This document shows positions 17,285 through 26,920 of a stretch of 64,000 nt of DNA, piece by piece. The notes below the pieces were generated by a model. The model was not told the DNA's origin. It saw only the letters and a list, made by a program, of their open reading frames with translations, and did no database searches. Numbering within the stretch: position 1 is the stretch's first letter; each line of letters starts with the position of its first letter. Where the stretch lies: positions 3,150 through 67,149 of IMG/VR virus record IMGVR_UViG_3300019288_000050; one strand, given 5' to 3'. The stretch comes from a virus (Duplodnaviria > Caudoviricetes). A program made the translations under genes and the position numbers.

Positions 17285-17707
17285 ATGAACCGCACAATCA
17301 AATTCAGAGGCAAACGCCTTGACAACGGCGAGTGGGTGTATGGCGAACAATATACCCCAAGATTATTCGATAGTAAGAGAGGCTATTCCGGAGAATATGC
17401 GCCTTGTATTTTCTGTGACGAGGGAGGCGTTCCTGTTATCCCGGAAAGCATAGGCCAGTTCACCGGACTGCACGACAAGAACGGCAAGGAAATCTATGAG
17501 GGGGATATTCTCTTATTAAACACTACCGGATTGCGCGAACATTGCATTGTAGAGTGGAACAGTGAAAAAGCAGGATGGTGTATTTCTTTAAAAGTAGCTG
17601 GTAAGTGGGCTCTTGGTGTGCGTACTCTTGGGGCTTGGATGAATGAAGCCGATTTTTGTATTCAAGGCAACCGTTTTGACAACCCCGAACTGCTAAACGA
17701 GAAGTGA
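17285..17707 (+). CDS. YopX family protein
   Basis: IKFRGKRLDNGEWVYG, GQFTGLHDKNGKEIYEGDI, GNRFDNPELL. Confidence 0.9.
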   Translation: MNRTIKFRGKRLDNGEWVYGEQYTPRLFDSKRGYSGEYAPCIFCDEGGVPVIPESIGQFTGLHDKNGKEIYEGDILLLNTTGLREHCIVEWNSEKAGWCISLKVAGKWALGVRTLGAWMNEADFCIQGNRFDNPELLNEK

Positions 17708-17708
17708 G

Positions 17709-17966
17709 ATGAATAAAATAAAAACAGAATATAAAAAGGCAATAAAAGCACATGCCGATTTTACAACTCAACTTCAATTATTGGAAAAAGAGTTCGTTTT
17801 TACAGGCTTTGGCGGCTGCGAACCTCATGTAGATTACGTTCATAACGACATTTTTCTTGCTTGGGAAGATGATAAAGAGGGTATCATTCACGAACTCTCA
17901 ATAGAAGAAGCAATTGATGAAATGTCCAAAAACGGATGTATTACCCCTGATTGTTTTACGATATGA
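17709..17966 (+). CDS. Hypothetical protein
   Basis: Coupled ORF; resembles 21127-21393 in size and layout. Confidence 0.55.
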   Translation: MNKIKTEYKKAIKAHADFTTQLQLLEKEFVFTGFGGCEPHVDYVHNDIFLAWEDDKEGIIHELSIEEAIDEMSKNGCITPDCFTI

Positions 17967-18331
17967 AAACACAACTGACCGCCGAGGAATCGGCAAAGCT
18001 CATAGAGCTTGGAGTAAGCCCCGAAAGGGCGAGTGAAAGTAATTCATCCGTTGCTTATGGCAATGGAGCAAGAGGGATTATGAAAGTTCCCGAAACGCCT
18101 ATCTTCACTCTCGCCGACATTCTCGACATCCTGCCGAAAGAGATTAATGCATTCGGAATTCCCGCAAGATTACAGATGTATAATCATCCAGCAGAATATT
18201 GGATTGCATCGTATGTTACCTATGATGGTGGAACGCTAACTTATCAAAATCCATGTTCAGCAGAAAAAGAACTCATCGACGCTCTCTACTCGCTGCTTGT
18301 GTGGTGTCTGGAGAAAGGGTATGTGAAATAA
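17963..18331 (+). CDS. Hypothetical protein
   Basis: QLTAEESAKLIELGV...FTLADILDILP pattern typical of Bacteroidetes phage hypotheticals. Confidence 0.6.
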   Translation: MKTQLTAEESAKLIELGVSPERASESNSSVAYGNGARGIMKVPETPIFTLADILDILPKEINAFGIPARLQMYNHPAEYWIASYVTYDGGTLTYQNPCSAEKELIDALYSLLVWCLEKGYVK

Positions 18332-18828
18332 GGAGAAAAGGAAATGAAAAATCCATTCAGAACGAGATACAGAGCACGCAAGTATATGCTCGATGCTGTT
18401 CACCGTGTCGAATACAAGCGTTGGTGGCAACGCAAGTGGCGTACACATGGCATCTACGCTACCAAAGAAGAAGCTGTACTTGCTCTTAAAAGATTGAAAC
18501 AATGAAAAAGAAATACCGCAGAGCCGTGTGCAAGTGCCTTGTATGGCTCATAAAACCTTTTTGGTGGATATTCATGGTGATGGCTTCCCCTTTCGTGGTT
18601 ACATGGATGTGCCTGCAAGATTGGGAGTGTTGGCTATGTAAGAAATTCAGAACTTATGACTATGACCCCGACTGAACGGCCGCAGGAGTGCAAGTATCAT
18701 AAGAAATATGCAAGGAGGTTTTCCTATAATCTTTGCGCTAAATGTGGTTTGCCGATGAAATTATGTAGCTTCTATAACAATCCAACAAATTGCCCCGACT
18801 TCACCCCGAAAATAAAAGAGAAATAAAA

Positions 18829-18999
18829 ATGAAAGTAAAAGAACTAATCAAGGCTCTGATAGAGCTACCGCAGGACGCAGAAGTGTTCTTTCTGCCCGGC
18901 GACAGTGGCATGTATCAAATCAGCACTGTTAAAGCAACTACAGCCACAAATGACGAAGTTAAGGAAATCACCGGCAAAGAATTTATTGTGCTAACATAA
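18829..18999 (+). CDS. Hypothetical protein
   Basis: MKVKELIKALIELPQDAEV. Confidence 0.6.
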   Translation: MKVKELIKALIELPQDAEVFFLPGDSGMYQISTVKATTATNDEVKEITGKEFIVLT

Positions 19000-19044
19000 A
19001 AAAGGGAGCGGGTAGGACGCTCCCAAGGCGGAATATCTTACTGT

Positions 19045-19170
19045 TTACGCCGCCACCCAAAAGCAAAATACTTTGCCATGTTTGGGATAGATTGTTCTAC
19101 CATTCTTACGAATATAACGAGCGAAAACGAGTTTGAACTCCTTGCCATTTACCACTTTTGAAGTTTGCAT
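19045..19170 (-). CDS. Small basic protein (41 aa) in its own transcription unit
   Basis: MQTSKVVNGKEFKLVFARYIRKNGRTIYPKHGKVFCFWVAA; promoter TATCTTTG 19334-19341 (minus), terminator GGGAGCG/CGCTCCC 19004-19024. Confidence 0.55.
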   Translation of the reverse strand: MQTSKVVNGKEFKLVFARYIRKNGRTIYPKHGKVFCFWVAA

Positions 19171-19398
19171 GCACAACACCTCCTTTCTGACTGTAACCGG
19201 GTCACGGCTTGCCATTGTTGTAGGATGGGCAAGAAAAAACCCCGGCATCCTACCTCCGGGGTTAAGTCCTTTTTATGGACGGGCAAGGAGGGCATTGCGG
19301 AGATGTTGTGCAAGCTTTCCTCAAAGTGGTTTGCAAAGATAACAAAGGAAACCAAAAGAAAACAAAAATATTAACATTAAACAACACTTTTAACAAAT

Positions 19399-19818
19399 AT
19401 GACTACCGAAGACTACGTTTCCTACCCCCTCGCCCTCGCGCTGAAGAAGCATGGGTTTGATGAGCCGTGCCGAGATTTCTATTGGCCTTCTGACGGCACA
19501 TTCAAACATACTGATGCACCTGTGCATAAGAACAGTGAGCATTGTACGACAATGGTTGCGGCTCCGACTTTATGGCAAACTCAGAAGTGGTTGAGAGAGG
19601 AATGGGGAATACACGTAAACGTATGTATCTATTCCGACTATTCCACTGACGCAGATGGTAAAGTTTGTGACAGATGGGATTTTTGGGGATTTGATTTGTA
19701 TGCAGTTAGCGGAGGAGACATGATGGAGGAAGGCGATGGCGAGTATGACACCTACGAATCCGCCCTCTCAGCCGGAATCGCTGCTGCGTTGGAACTGATT
19801 GAAAAGAAAGGAGAGTGA
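19399..19818 (+). CDS. Hypothetical protein
   Basis: EDYVSYPLALALKKHGFDEPC...APTLWQTQKWLRE. Confidence 0.65.
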   Translation: MTTEDYVSYPLALALKKHGFDEPCRDFYWPSDGTFKHTDAPVHKNSEHCTTMVAAPTLWQTQKWLREEWGIHVNVCIYSDYSTDADGKVCDRWDFWGFDLYAVSGGDMMEEGDGEYDTYESALSAGIAAALELIEKKGE

Positions 19819-19819
19819 T

Positions 19820-20089
19820 ATGACACAAGAACAATTCAATACCGCTATCAAGCTCCACCATAGGCTTGAAGCACTGGCAAAAGTCAAGGAAGAAATCGCA
19901 AATACCAAGGAACATCGTCTTTGGTATGCGAAAAGATATGACCCCATGTGCGGCTCTACAAAATGGGACACAGTTAGTGAATGTGCAATGCGCGACATAT
20001 CAGACATCCTTGACCGTCACGACCAAATGATTCGTCAAGAAATAGACGAGGAAATAGCGAAAATTACAAAACAAATTGAAGAACTATGA
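19820..20089 (+). CDS. Hypothetical protein
   Basis: Coupled ORF. Confidence 0.55.
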   Translation: MTQEQFNTAIKLHHRLEALAKVKEEIANTKEHRLWYAKRYDPMCGSTKWDTVSECAMRDISDILDRHDQMIRQEIDEEIAKITKQIEEL

Positions 20090-20358
20090 CCAAGACGATA
20101 GAAGAAGCTGCGAGAAACTATGCGAAAGATAAAGTTGGAGATTACGACTATCTCGGAGTCGAATATGAGGCTTACCTTGATGGCAACGAAGATGCGGTAA
20201 AATGGGTAATGTCGCTCCCTCTCGCCTCGCGTCTGACCGCCGCCGAGAAAGAGAGGGTGAGAAAAATGTATTGGCAAGCCGCAATGGATTGGGTAGGGGT
20301 ATATGATGTGCTTGAAGAAATCTTCGGCAATGAGTTTTTCAGGGAGGGCGAGGTATGA
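20086..20358 (+). CDS. Hypothetical protein
   Basis: Coupled ORF. Confidence 0.55.
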   Translation: MTKTIEEAARNYAKDKVGDYDYLGVEYEAYLDGNEDAVKWVMSLPLASRLTAAEKERVRKMYWQAAMDWVGVYDVLEEIFGNEFFREGEV

Positions 20359-21125
20359 TAGTGCAACGTCAAGTGTGGCACGACTACACCAAGTATCTGA
20401 TTGCCGACAACTACGGCTCCGTGCAGTTGGAACTATATGATAAAGAACAGAACTTCGGTGGCACTGCGTTCATTTATGGACTATATGTCTGCCCCTCTTA
20501 TAGAGGTAACCATCTCGGAGATGCGCTACTTGACCAAGCGGAGTTTTGTGCAAAACACGCAGGACATAAAGCGGTATTCCTTGAATGGGAGGAAAAGGAT
20601 TCCCCAAAATGGGTACTTGAATGGTATCTGCGCTTAGGCTACAAAGAAGTCAAATCTGACAAGCAGGGGTGCTTGCTTAAAAAGGAATTGAAACAACAAG
20701 CAAAAAGACGTACAACTACCTCGGCGGATGGTTTGCCGAGGGGATATACGAAAACATTAAAAAGAAGTGATATGGCAATAGACATTTTATCTCTCCGCAT
20801 AGGCTCGCATATCCTTGTCAATGGCAAGCGTGAGCGAGTGCGAGGCTTAGACGAGGACAACGGACTGATAATCCGCTTTCCTGCGGAATATGTGCTTGCA
20901 AGCGAGGTAGAGCCAATCGCAATCACGCCCGAACTGCTGAAAGAGTTGGGGTTTGAGAATGGGCGTGTAGGAATCTGGTGGCATTGGTGGAAAGATGGAT
21001 TCCACCTACAGCACAGAGATGAAAGTGAGTATTGGCATTTCCATGGCGATATTGGATTTAGATACTTCCACGAGCTTGAAAGCCTCTACTATATGATTTA
21101 CGAAACCGAACTAATCCCCGACTGA
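20355..21125 (+). CDS. GNAT acetyltransferase fused to a second phage domain
   Basis: GLYVCPSYRGNHLGDALL (motif A) and WYLRLGY; unrelated C-terminal half from MAIDILS. Confidence 0.7.
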   Translation: MIVQRQVWHDYTKYLIADNYGSVQLELYDKEQNFGGTAFIYGLYVCPSYRGNHLGDALLDQAEFCAKHAGHKAVFLEWEEKDSPKWVLEWYLRLGYKEVKSDKQGCLLKKELKQQAKRRTTTSADGLPRGYTKTLKRSDMAIDILSLRIGSHILVNGKRERVRGLDEDNGLIIRFPAEYVLASEVEPIAITPELLKELGFENGRVGIWWHWWKDGFHLQHRDESEYWHFHGDIGFRYFHELESLYYMIYETELIPD

Positions 21126-21126
21126 T

Positions 21127-21393
21127 ATGGTAACACCTCGCAAAATTCCCTCATACGAGGAACTTAAAGCTGCTTTTACCGAAATAAAAGCACTACAAAG
21201 TCATATCCACGATTGCGCATCAGTAATTGAAAGAAACCTTGTATTCTGTGGCTTCCCTATGTATGACGAGCCAAAGGTTATCAGTGATGGCTATGCCGTG
21301 AAGCTCCGCTACAAGGATGTAGTGATTGATGACCGTGCCATTTTGACCGCAATAGCAAACAGAGGTTTCATAACCCCTTATGATTTCAGTTGA
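21127..21393 (+). CDS. Hypothetical protein
   Basis: Coupled ORF. Confidence 0.5.
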   Translation: MVTPRKIPSYEELKAAFTEIKALQSHIHDCASVIERNLVFCGFPMYDEPKVISDGYAVKLRYKDVVIDDRAILTAIANRGFITPYDFS

Positions 21394-21599
21394 CATGGAG
21401 AGCAAGGAGCGCGAAGCATATCGAAAAAGGTGTAAGCACTATGGTGTGGATGGAGTGTGTTGGAAGCTATCTCATAGCCTCGGACAATGGCACGGCATAG
21501 CATTTGTGCCTCATTGCGGACATATTACAAGTCGTTGCACTTCCGTCTGCAACTGCGCGAGAATGAAAAGGTATGATAAAATGGATAAACAAGATTGAT

Positions 21600-22121
21600 A
21601 TGAGCAAAATATACTTAGGCATAGACCCCGGCTCTGACGGGTATCTCGCCGTGATTGATAACGGTGAGTATCGCTTTTTGCCGATTGAGGACACTCCGAT
21701 GCTGGAGATTGGCAAGTTTGTGGGCGAGTTCAGAGATACGCAATGCGTGGCAGTTTTAGAGGATGTTCACTCTGTCTTTGGTTCGTCTGCGCAGGGAACT
21801 TTTAACTTCGGTCTTTCCAAAGGATTTCTCCTTGGGTTGCTGATTGCGCACAGAATCCCCTATGTGCTTGTCGCTCCCAAAGATTGGCAGAGCGGAGTGT
21901 GGATAAATGCCGATAAGGAATATACCACGCAGAAACAGAAACTCAAAAACGGTGGCGAGAAAACTGTGCGCAAGGTTGACACCAAACAGACTTCATACAA
22001 TGCGGCTCTGCGTCTTTTCCCCGATGTGGACTTTCGCAAGAGCGCACGTTGCACCAAACCGCATGACGGCAAGGTTGACGCTTTGTTGATGGCTGAATAC
22101 GGAAGGAGGATGAATTTATGA
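21600..22121 (+). CDS. RuvC-like Holliday junction resolvase
   Basis: IYLGIDPG, LEDV, C-terminal DGKVDALL. Confidence 0.85.
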   Translation: MSKIYLGIDPGSDGYLAVIDNGEYRFLPIEDTPMLEIGKFVGEFRDTQCVAVLEDVHSVFGSSAQGTFNFGLSKGFLLGLLIAHRIPYVLVAPKDWQSGVWINADKEYTTQKQKLKNGGEKTVRKVDTKQTSYNAALRLFPDVDFRKSARCTKPHDGKVDALLMAEYGRRMNL

Positions 22122-22477
22122 GCGAACAAAAGAAATTTAACATAGGCGACAGAGTGCGCAGTAAATTTTATGGGATTGTCGGCACAGTGATTGATGTAGA
22201 TACTGACGGCTACATAATAAATCCCGACCATGTAGAGGAAATGTGGATAGGCGAAGATGATGCCGAGGCATACGACCGCAGGACCGACTTCCTTACTCGC
22301 CTATCCGAACTTATGAGGGAGTTTGATGCGGAAATAGAATATCATATCGGGAGTGATGAAAAATCAGATTATAGCGAATACTATGCTATTACGATTGGGC
22401 GTGAACGATTGACTTACGATAATTGCGAGGGTGCTTCGCTCACCGCCGACAACTTAATGGACTACGACAAGGAATGA
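22118..22477 (+). CDS. Hypothetical protein
   Basis: KFNIGDRVR start; coupled ORF. Confidence 0.55.
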   Translation: MSEQKKFNIGDRVRSKFYGIVGTVIDVDTDGYIINPDHVEEMWIGEDDAEAYDRRTDFLTRLSELMREFDAEIEYHIGSDEKSDYSEYYAITIGRERLTYDNCEGASLTADNLMDYDKE

Positions 22478-22479
22478 GT

Positions 22480-22707
22480 ATGGCAAAGAAGATAATCAAA
22501 AAAGGAAACATACCCACTGTGACAAAAACTTGCGAGGTTTGTGGCTGTGAGTTTAGTTTTGAGTGTGGAGATGTTGAGTATAATTCTATTTGCAGTTGTG
22601 AGGGTTTTGTGGGTAGAAAATATTATACTTATTGCCCTTGCTGCAAAAAGAGAATAATAGTCACAGAAGATGATTCCATAAAACTGAAATTGTATCATTT
22701 TGACTAA
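22480..22707 (+). CDS. Zinc-ribbon protein
   Basis: CEVC...CPCC. Confidence 0.55.
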   Translation: MAKKIIKKGNIPTVTKTCEVCGCEFSFECGDVEYNSICSCEGFVGRKYYTYCPCCKKRIIVTEDDSIKLKLYHFD

Positions 22708-24503
22708 TGGCAAAAGATTACATAGACAGAATCGCAGGGAGCATCTACAATCTCATGAAAGGTGCGGAACTGGAGAAAGGTTTGGAGGAGAAGCGTCCGG
22801 CTGACCGCATAGGCGTGTTTCAGGAACTTCTGATAAAGGCTATCAAGAAGTCAACACTATGTTGCTTCAATGGCAGACCGTTCTATTTCAACGGTCGTAT
22901 CTACGTTCAGCTCGGCAAGGATTCGTGGGACGCTTTCAACTCGCTTGTACTTAGAGTTGCCGACAAGTGTATGCTTCCTCCGGGCGACAAGACCCGGCTG
23001 GAGGGTGTCAAGAAGGTGTGCCGGGGCGAAGTGTCGCTCAAAACCCTCGAACCCGACAGCTCGATAATCGTGCTTAATAACGGAGTGCTTGACTTGGAGA
23101 GCAACACTTTCCACAAGTTCAACAAGAAATTCAAGCAGGTCACGCAGATGGATTTCGACTACGACCCGAATGCCGTGCCTAACGTGTGGACTGACTACTT
23201 CCTTGATGCCGTACTCGACCAATCGGCTCAGAAAGTGTTGCAGGAGTTTATGGGTGCGATATTCATTGACCGCCGGAAAGTGAAGATTGAGAAGATGCTT
23301 ATACTCTACGGTGCCGGAAGCAACGGCAAGAGTGTTATCCAATCCACCCTAATAGGGCTGTTGGGCGAGGATAATGTAAAGACACTCGCAATCTCCGACC
23401 TCATAAGCGGCTCGGAGCGTAAGCAGAACATCGCATCTATCAACGGCAAGCGACTCAACTATTGCTCCGAGATTCAGACGAGGGAGTTCGGGCAGAACGC
23501 AGACGCACTGAAAGCCTTGATAAGCGGAGAGCCGTTTGAGGTGCGATTGGTCTACATCAACAACTTCACCGCACGTAATATCCCCCTGCTGATGGCAAAC
23601 GCCAACCGCATACCCTACATAAAGGATTTCAGCCACGGACTGTCACGCCGTCTGATAATACTCCCTTTTGAGCGGGTGATTGAGGAAAAGAATCAGAACA
23701 AACGCCTTGCGAAAGAGTTGCAGAAAGAATACTCCGGCATACTCAACTGGATATTGGCGGGACGGCAGAGGCTTATCGCCAACGGCTATCAGTTCTCCGT
23801 GCCTCAACGCTTGCAGGACTTGGTGGAGGAATACCAAGCCGAAAGCTCCACGGTGTTGCAGTTCATGAAAGCCAAGGATTACAACCGCTCCATACTCGAC
23901 ATGGAGCATGAGATACGTTGGCTCAAAGCACAGCAACTTTTCTTTGCCTACAACAAGTGGTGTGCCGAGAACGAGATTCGACCCGAAACCGAAAAGCGTT
24001 TCTACATGACGCTGAAAGAAGCCGGATATAGCAACAAGCGGACGCAGACAGGCAATCTCTACGGGGTCTATCAGCTCAACACCCGACCTATAAAGGAGGA
24101 GTACAAGAAACGTAACGAGAACAACCTTATTGACGGCATGGACAACCTCGCCCATTGGACGGGTGTCAGCCGTCAGACAATAGAGAAGATGGTGCGGTGC
24201 AATCTCTTGGAGGGTTGCTACACCAAAGAGGGGCGCAGATATTGGTTCATGCTCGACAAGTGCCGTGCGGCTATCAAGAAGTTCATGCGCAAGGACAAGC
24301 GCAAGAGTGACGGACGTGTGCCGATGGAGCTGAAAGCCGACCGCAGAGCCTTTAACAAGGACATGAAAGAGCGTGGATTGCCATACCGCAAGGCTGAGGC
24401 TCCCGACCCCCATGCCATCGGCATAATCTATGTGGCGGACGAGTTCAACTATCAACTCGATAAAGACAACTATAAGGACTTTATAAAATTCAAAGAGAAA
24501 TAA
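22707..24503 (+). CDS. P4/D5-type SF3 helicase (primase-associated) with C-terminal HTH
   Basis: GAGSNGKS Walker A, NYCSE Walker B, LLMANAN, RRLIILPF. Confidence 0.88.
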   Translation: MAKDYIDRIAGSIYNLMKGAELEKGLEEKRPADRIGVFQELLIKAIKKSTLCCFNGRPFYFNGRIYVQLGKDSWDAFNSLVLRVADKCMLPPGDKTRLEGVKKVCRGEVSLKTLEPDSSIIVLNNGVLDLESNTFHKFNKKFKQVTQMDFDYDPNAVPNVWTDYFLDAVLDQSAQKVLQEFMGAIFIDRRKVKIEKMLILYGAGSNGKSVIQSTLIGLLGEDNVKTLAISDLISGSERKQNIASINGKRLNYCSEIQTREFGQNADALKALISGEPFEVRLVYINNFTARNIPLLMANANRIPYIKDFSHGLSRRLIILPFERVIEEKNQNKRLAKELQKEYSGILNWILAGRQRLIANGYQFSVPQRLQDLVEEYQAESSTVLQFMKAKDYNRSILDMEHEIRWLKAQQLFFAYNKWCAENEIRPETEKRFYMTLKEAGYSNKRTQTGNLYGVYQLNTRPIKEEYKKRNENNLIDGMDNLAHWTGVSRQTIEKMVRCNLLEGCYTKEGRRYWFMLDKCRAAIKKFMRKDKRKSDGRVPMELKADRRAFNKDMKERGLPYRKAEAPDPHAIGIIYVADEFNYQLDKDNYKDFIKFKEK

Positions 24504-24901
24504 TGAGCAAGAAAAAGAACGTGATTGCCCGTGTAGGCAATTTTGAAATCACCAAGGATAGCGGTGCGGAACACGACTATATCCGCATCAAGGCTATCAG
24601 CGGAAGCTGGGGCATAACGCACCGTGACGATTCGCCTATGTATGGCGCATGGCTGATGATGTGCAAAGACCCGGAGTATCGCAAGGGCATGGAGGTGATA
24701 ATCACCATGTCGTACCACCTCACCAACTCTATTCTCGACAAGGAGTTTGTGGAGGACTTCTTCAACGCGCTCGATGCTATGGGTAAGCGCAGGGTTGCCA
24801 ACGCTCCCGTTCCGACCGAGCAGGAGGAAGCTGACGCTATAGCCGAGGTTCAGATGATGGAGGAGGTGAAGAAAACGCTGACAGATGAAAAACGAGATTG
24901 A
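24503..24901 (+). CDS. Hypothetical protein
   Basis: Coupled ORF. Confidence 0.6.
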   Translation: MSKKKNVIARVGNFEITKDSGAEHDYIRIKAISGSWGITHRDDSPMYGAWLMMCKDPEYRKGMEVIITMSYHLTNSILDKEFVEDFFNALDAMGKRRVANAPVPTEQEEADAIAEVQMMEEVKKTLTDEKRD

Positions 24902-25064
24902 GGTTTGGCTGAAAATCCCCGAAGGCTATTCGCTGAAAGGGTGCAGAACTGACGGTGATACAGCAATCGCTATCTTCGCCCCAAGAATCAATCATACCGT
25001 TATCGGCTTTGTCGCTCCACCTCCGGGCGAAATAGACGATGAAGAAGAAAGTGAGGAAGAATAA
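24885..25064 (+). CDS. Hypothetical protein (59 aa)
   Basis: MKNEIEVWLKIPEGY... with acidic tail; read by hand. Confidence 0.45.
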   Translation: MKNEIEVWLKIPEGYSLKGCRTDGDTAIAIFAPRINHTVIGFVAPPPGEIDDEEESEEE

Positions 25065-25111
25065 TTGCACTTACTATTGTTTCTTTCCTATAAAATAACT
25101 ATCTTTGCATC

Positions 25112-25256
25112 GTCGGAAACAATAGCGAGAGGTTCGGTTACTTCGTTTGGGACGACATGATATATAATCGTCTGGGTTCGAGTCCCGGTCAACGTCGAAA
25201 GACGTTTGATGGCGGAATTGGTAGTCGCGTGTAAAATACCGACCTCATTTTCTTTG
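25112..25256 (+). ncRNA. YrlA-type Y RNA 1 (permuted tRNA mimic)
   Basis: Bulged stem GAGGT(T)CGGT/ACCGACCTC, GGTTACTTC motif, T arm CTGGG-TTCGAGT-CCCGG, closed acceptor-like stem TCAACGTC-GAAA-GACGTTTGA, then D-arm-like TGGCGGAATTGGTAGTCGC; promoter TATCTTTG 25100-25107. Confidence 0.82.
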
Positions 25257-25278
25257 GTTCCCCTTTTTAAGAAATCAT

Positions 25279-25410
25279 CCGTAGCGATTGGCAGGGTTAC
25301 TTCTTTGCTAAAGACGGTGTCCTCGGTTCGAGTCCGAGTCCGCTCAATCTTCGGGTTGACGGATAGCTCAGTTGGTAGAGCACGAAAAACACCTTGCCTC
25401 ATTTTCTCGG
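25279..25410 (+). ncRNA. YrlA-type Y RNA 2 (permuted tRNA mimic)
   Basis: Stem GGCAGGGT/ACCTTGCC, GGTTACTTC, T arm CTCGG-TTCGAGT-CCGAG, acceptor-like stem closed by TTCG, D arm TAGCTCAGTTGGTAGAGC. Confidence 0.85.
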
Positions 25411-25420
25411 AAATCCTAAG

Positions 25421-25452
25421 AGGGTTAGCCATTGCGGTTGACCCTTTTTTTG
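25421..25452 (+). terminator. Intrinsic terminator between Y RNAs and TROVE gene
   Basis: AGGGTTAGCC-ATTGC-GGTTGACCCT followed by a T-tract. Confidence 0.75.
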
Positions 25453-25469
25453 TTTTAATACACACAGAT

Positions 25470-26882
25470 ATGCCTCATTTTAACGAAAAGAAACAGACTG
25501 GCACGACCAACCTTGCAGGTGGCGTAGCCTACAAAGAGTCAAAGGAGTTGCAGTTGGTGTCGCGTCTGCTGACCTCATTTGGCGATAACAAGTATTATCA
25601 GAGCGCAACCGACATTTTCAACCAACTTGATAGCCTCATATCGGCTTGCGACAAGCATTTCTGCGCAAAGGCGATAGTGTTTGCCCGAAAGCAGTTCGGT
25701 ATGCGCACTATCACGCATTATGCAGCCTCGGTGCTTGCCAAATATATCGGGGGCGAAGCGTGGGCGAAAGATTTTTACAACGCTGTTATCAACCGCCCCG
25801 ACGATATGACGGAGATTATCGCCTGTCACCTCAGTCGCAAGCAGAAAATCACCAATGCGATGCGCAAGGGCTTCGGCGAGGCTTTCGGACGCTTTGACGG
25901 CTATGCACTTGCCAAATACAAGGGCGAGGGCAACGTGGTTAAACTTGTCGATATAGCCAATATTTGCCACCCGAAAGAAACGGAGAAGAACGCCGGAGCG
26001 ATTACAAAACTTATCAACGGCGAGTTGAAATCGTTTGACACGTGGGAGAGCGAATTGTCGGCTGTCGGTTCAGATGTAAATGCTAAGAAAGAAGTATGGC
26101 GCAGATTGCTTGCTGAAAACAAACTCGGCTACTTCGCCCTGCTTCGCAACCTCCGCAACATTATCAACCTCGGTGACGCGGAGTTGAAAAAAACTGCATT
26201 GTCGGCATTGCTCAACGAGAATGCCATTCGTAAGTCGCTTGTGCTTCCTTTTCGTTTCTCCACTGCGTATAAGGAGTTGTCAGCAATCGATACAGACGCT
26301 ATGCGGAATATAAGCCGAGCTTGCGAAATCGCTTGCTCTAACGTACCAAAATTGCCGGGCAAGACTCTTGTGGCACTTGACGTGTCGGGGTCGATGGCAG
26401 AAGTCGCGGACATTGCCGCTCTGTTCTCTGCCGTGCTTGTCAAGTCAAACGACTGCGACATAATTACGTTTGCAGAAAGAGCGCAGTATAAGTTTATCAA
26501 TCCCGATGATAGCCTAATGACAATCAAGGACAATCTGCGATTCGCGGGAGGCGGCACGAACTTCATTGATATTTTCAATGTCGCCAACAAGAAGTATGAC
26601 CGTATCGTGCTTTTGTCGGATATGCAGGCGTGGAAGCCGCAGATGGGTTGGTGGGGGTTGACGCACGAATCGCCCTCGGCTGCATACAACGCCTACAAAC
26701 GCAGATATAACCCCGACTGTAAGATATACTCGCTTGACCTCGCAGGGTATGGCACTCTGCAAGTTCCCGAAAAGGATGTTTATTGCCTTGCCGGATTCAG
26801 CGAGAAAATCTTTGACCTTATGAAATTCTTTGAAGAAGATAAGGATGCACTCATAAACGCTATCAAGGCGGTTGAGCTGTAA
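25470..26882 (+). CDS. Ro60/TROVE ribonucleoprotein (TROVE + vWA)
   Basis: TTNLAGGVAY, YFALLRNLRNI, VLPFRF, vWA MIDAS LDVSGSM, GGGTN, LSDMQ; likely start MPHFNEKK (470 aa). Confidence 0.93.
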   Translation: MPHFNEKKQTGTTNLAGGVAYKESKELQLVSRLLTSFGDNKYYQSATDIFNQLDSLISACDKHFCAKAIVFARKQFGMRTITHYAASVLAKYIGGEAWAKDFYNAVINRPDDMTEIIACHLSRKQKITNAMRKGFGEAFGRFDGYALAKYKGEGNVVKLVDIANICHPKETEKNAGAITKLINGELKSFDTWESELSAVGSDVNAKKEVWRRLLAENKLGYFALLRNLRNIINLGDAELKKTALSALLNENAIRKSLVLPFRFSTAYKELSAIDTDAMRNISRACEIACSNVPKLPGKTLVALDVSGSMAEVADIAALFSAVLVKSNDCDIITFAERAQYKFINPDDSLMTIKDNLRFAGGGTNFIDIFNVANKKYDRIVLLSDMQAWKPQMGWWGLTHESPSAAYNAYKRRYNPDCKIYSLDLAGYGTLQVPEKDVYCLAGFSEKIFDLMKFFEEDKDALINAIKAVEL

Positions 26883-26920
26883 TACATACTCGCCGATGTG
26901 CAACCACATTCGGTTTCGAG

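Noticed and set aside
25112-25410. Calling these segments ordinary tRNA genes
   Set aside because: The T arm precedes the D arm and there is no anticodon arm; the order is permuted as in YrlA.
25206-25469. 88-aa N-terminal extension of the TROVE ORF
   Set aside because: Overlaps both Y RNAs and a terminator; the TROVE-like sequence starts at ATG 25470.
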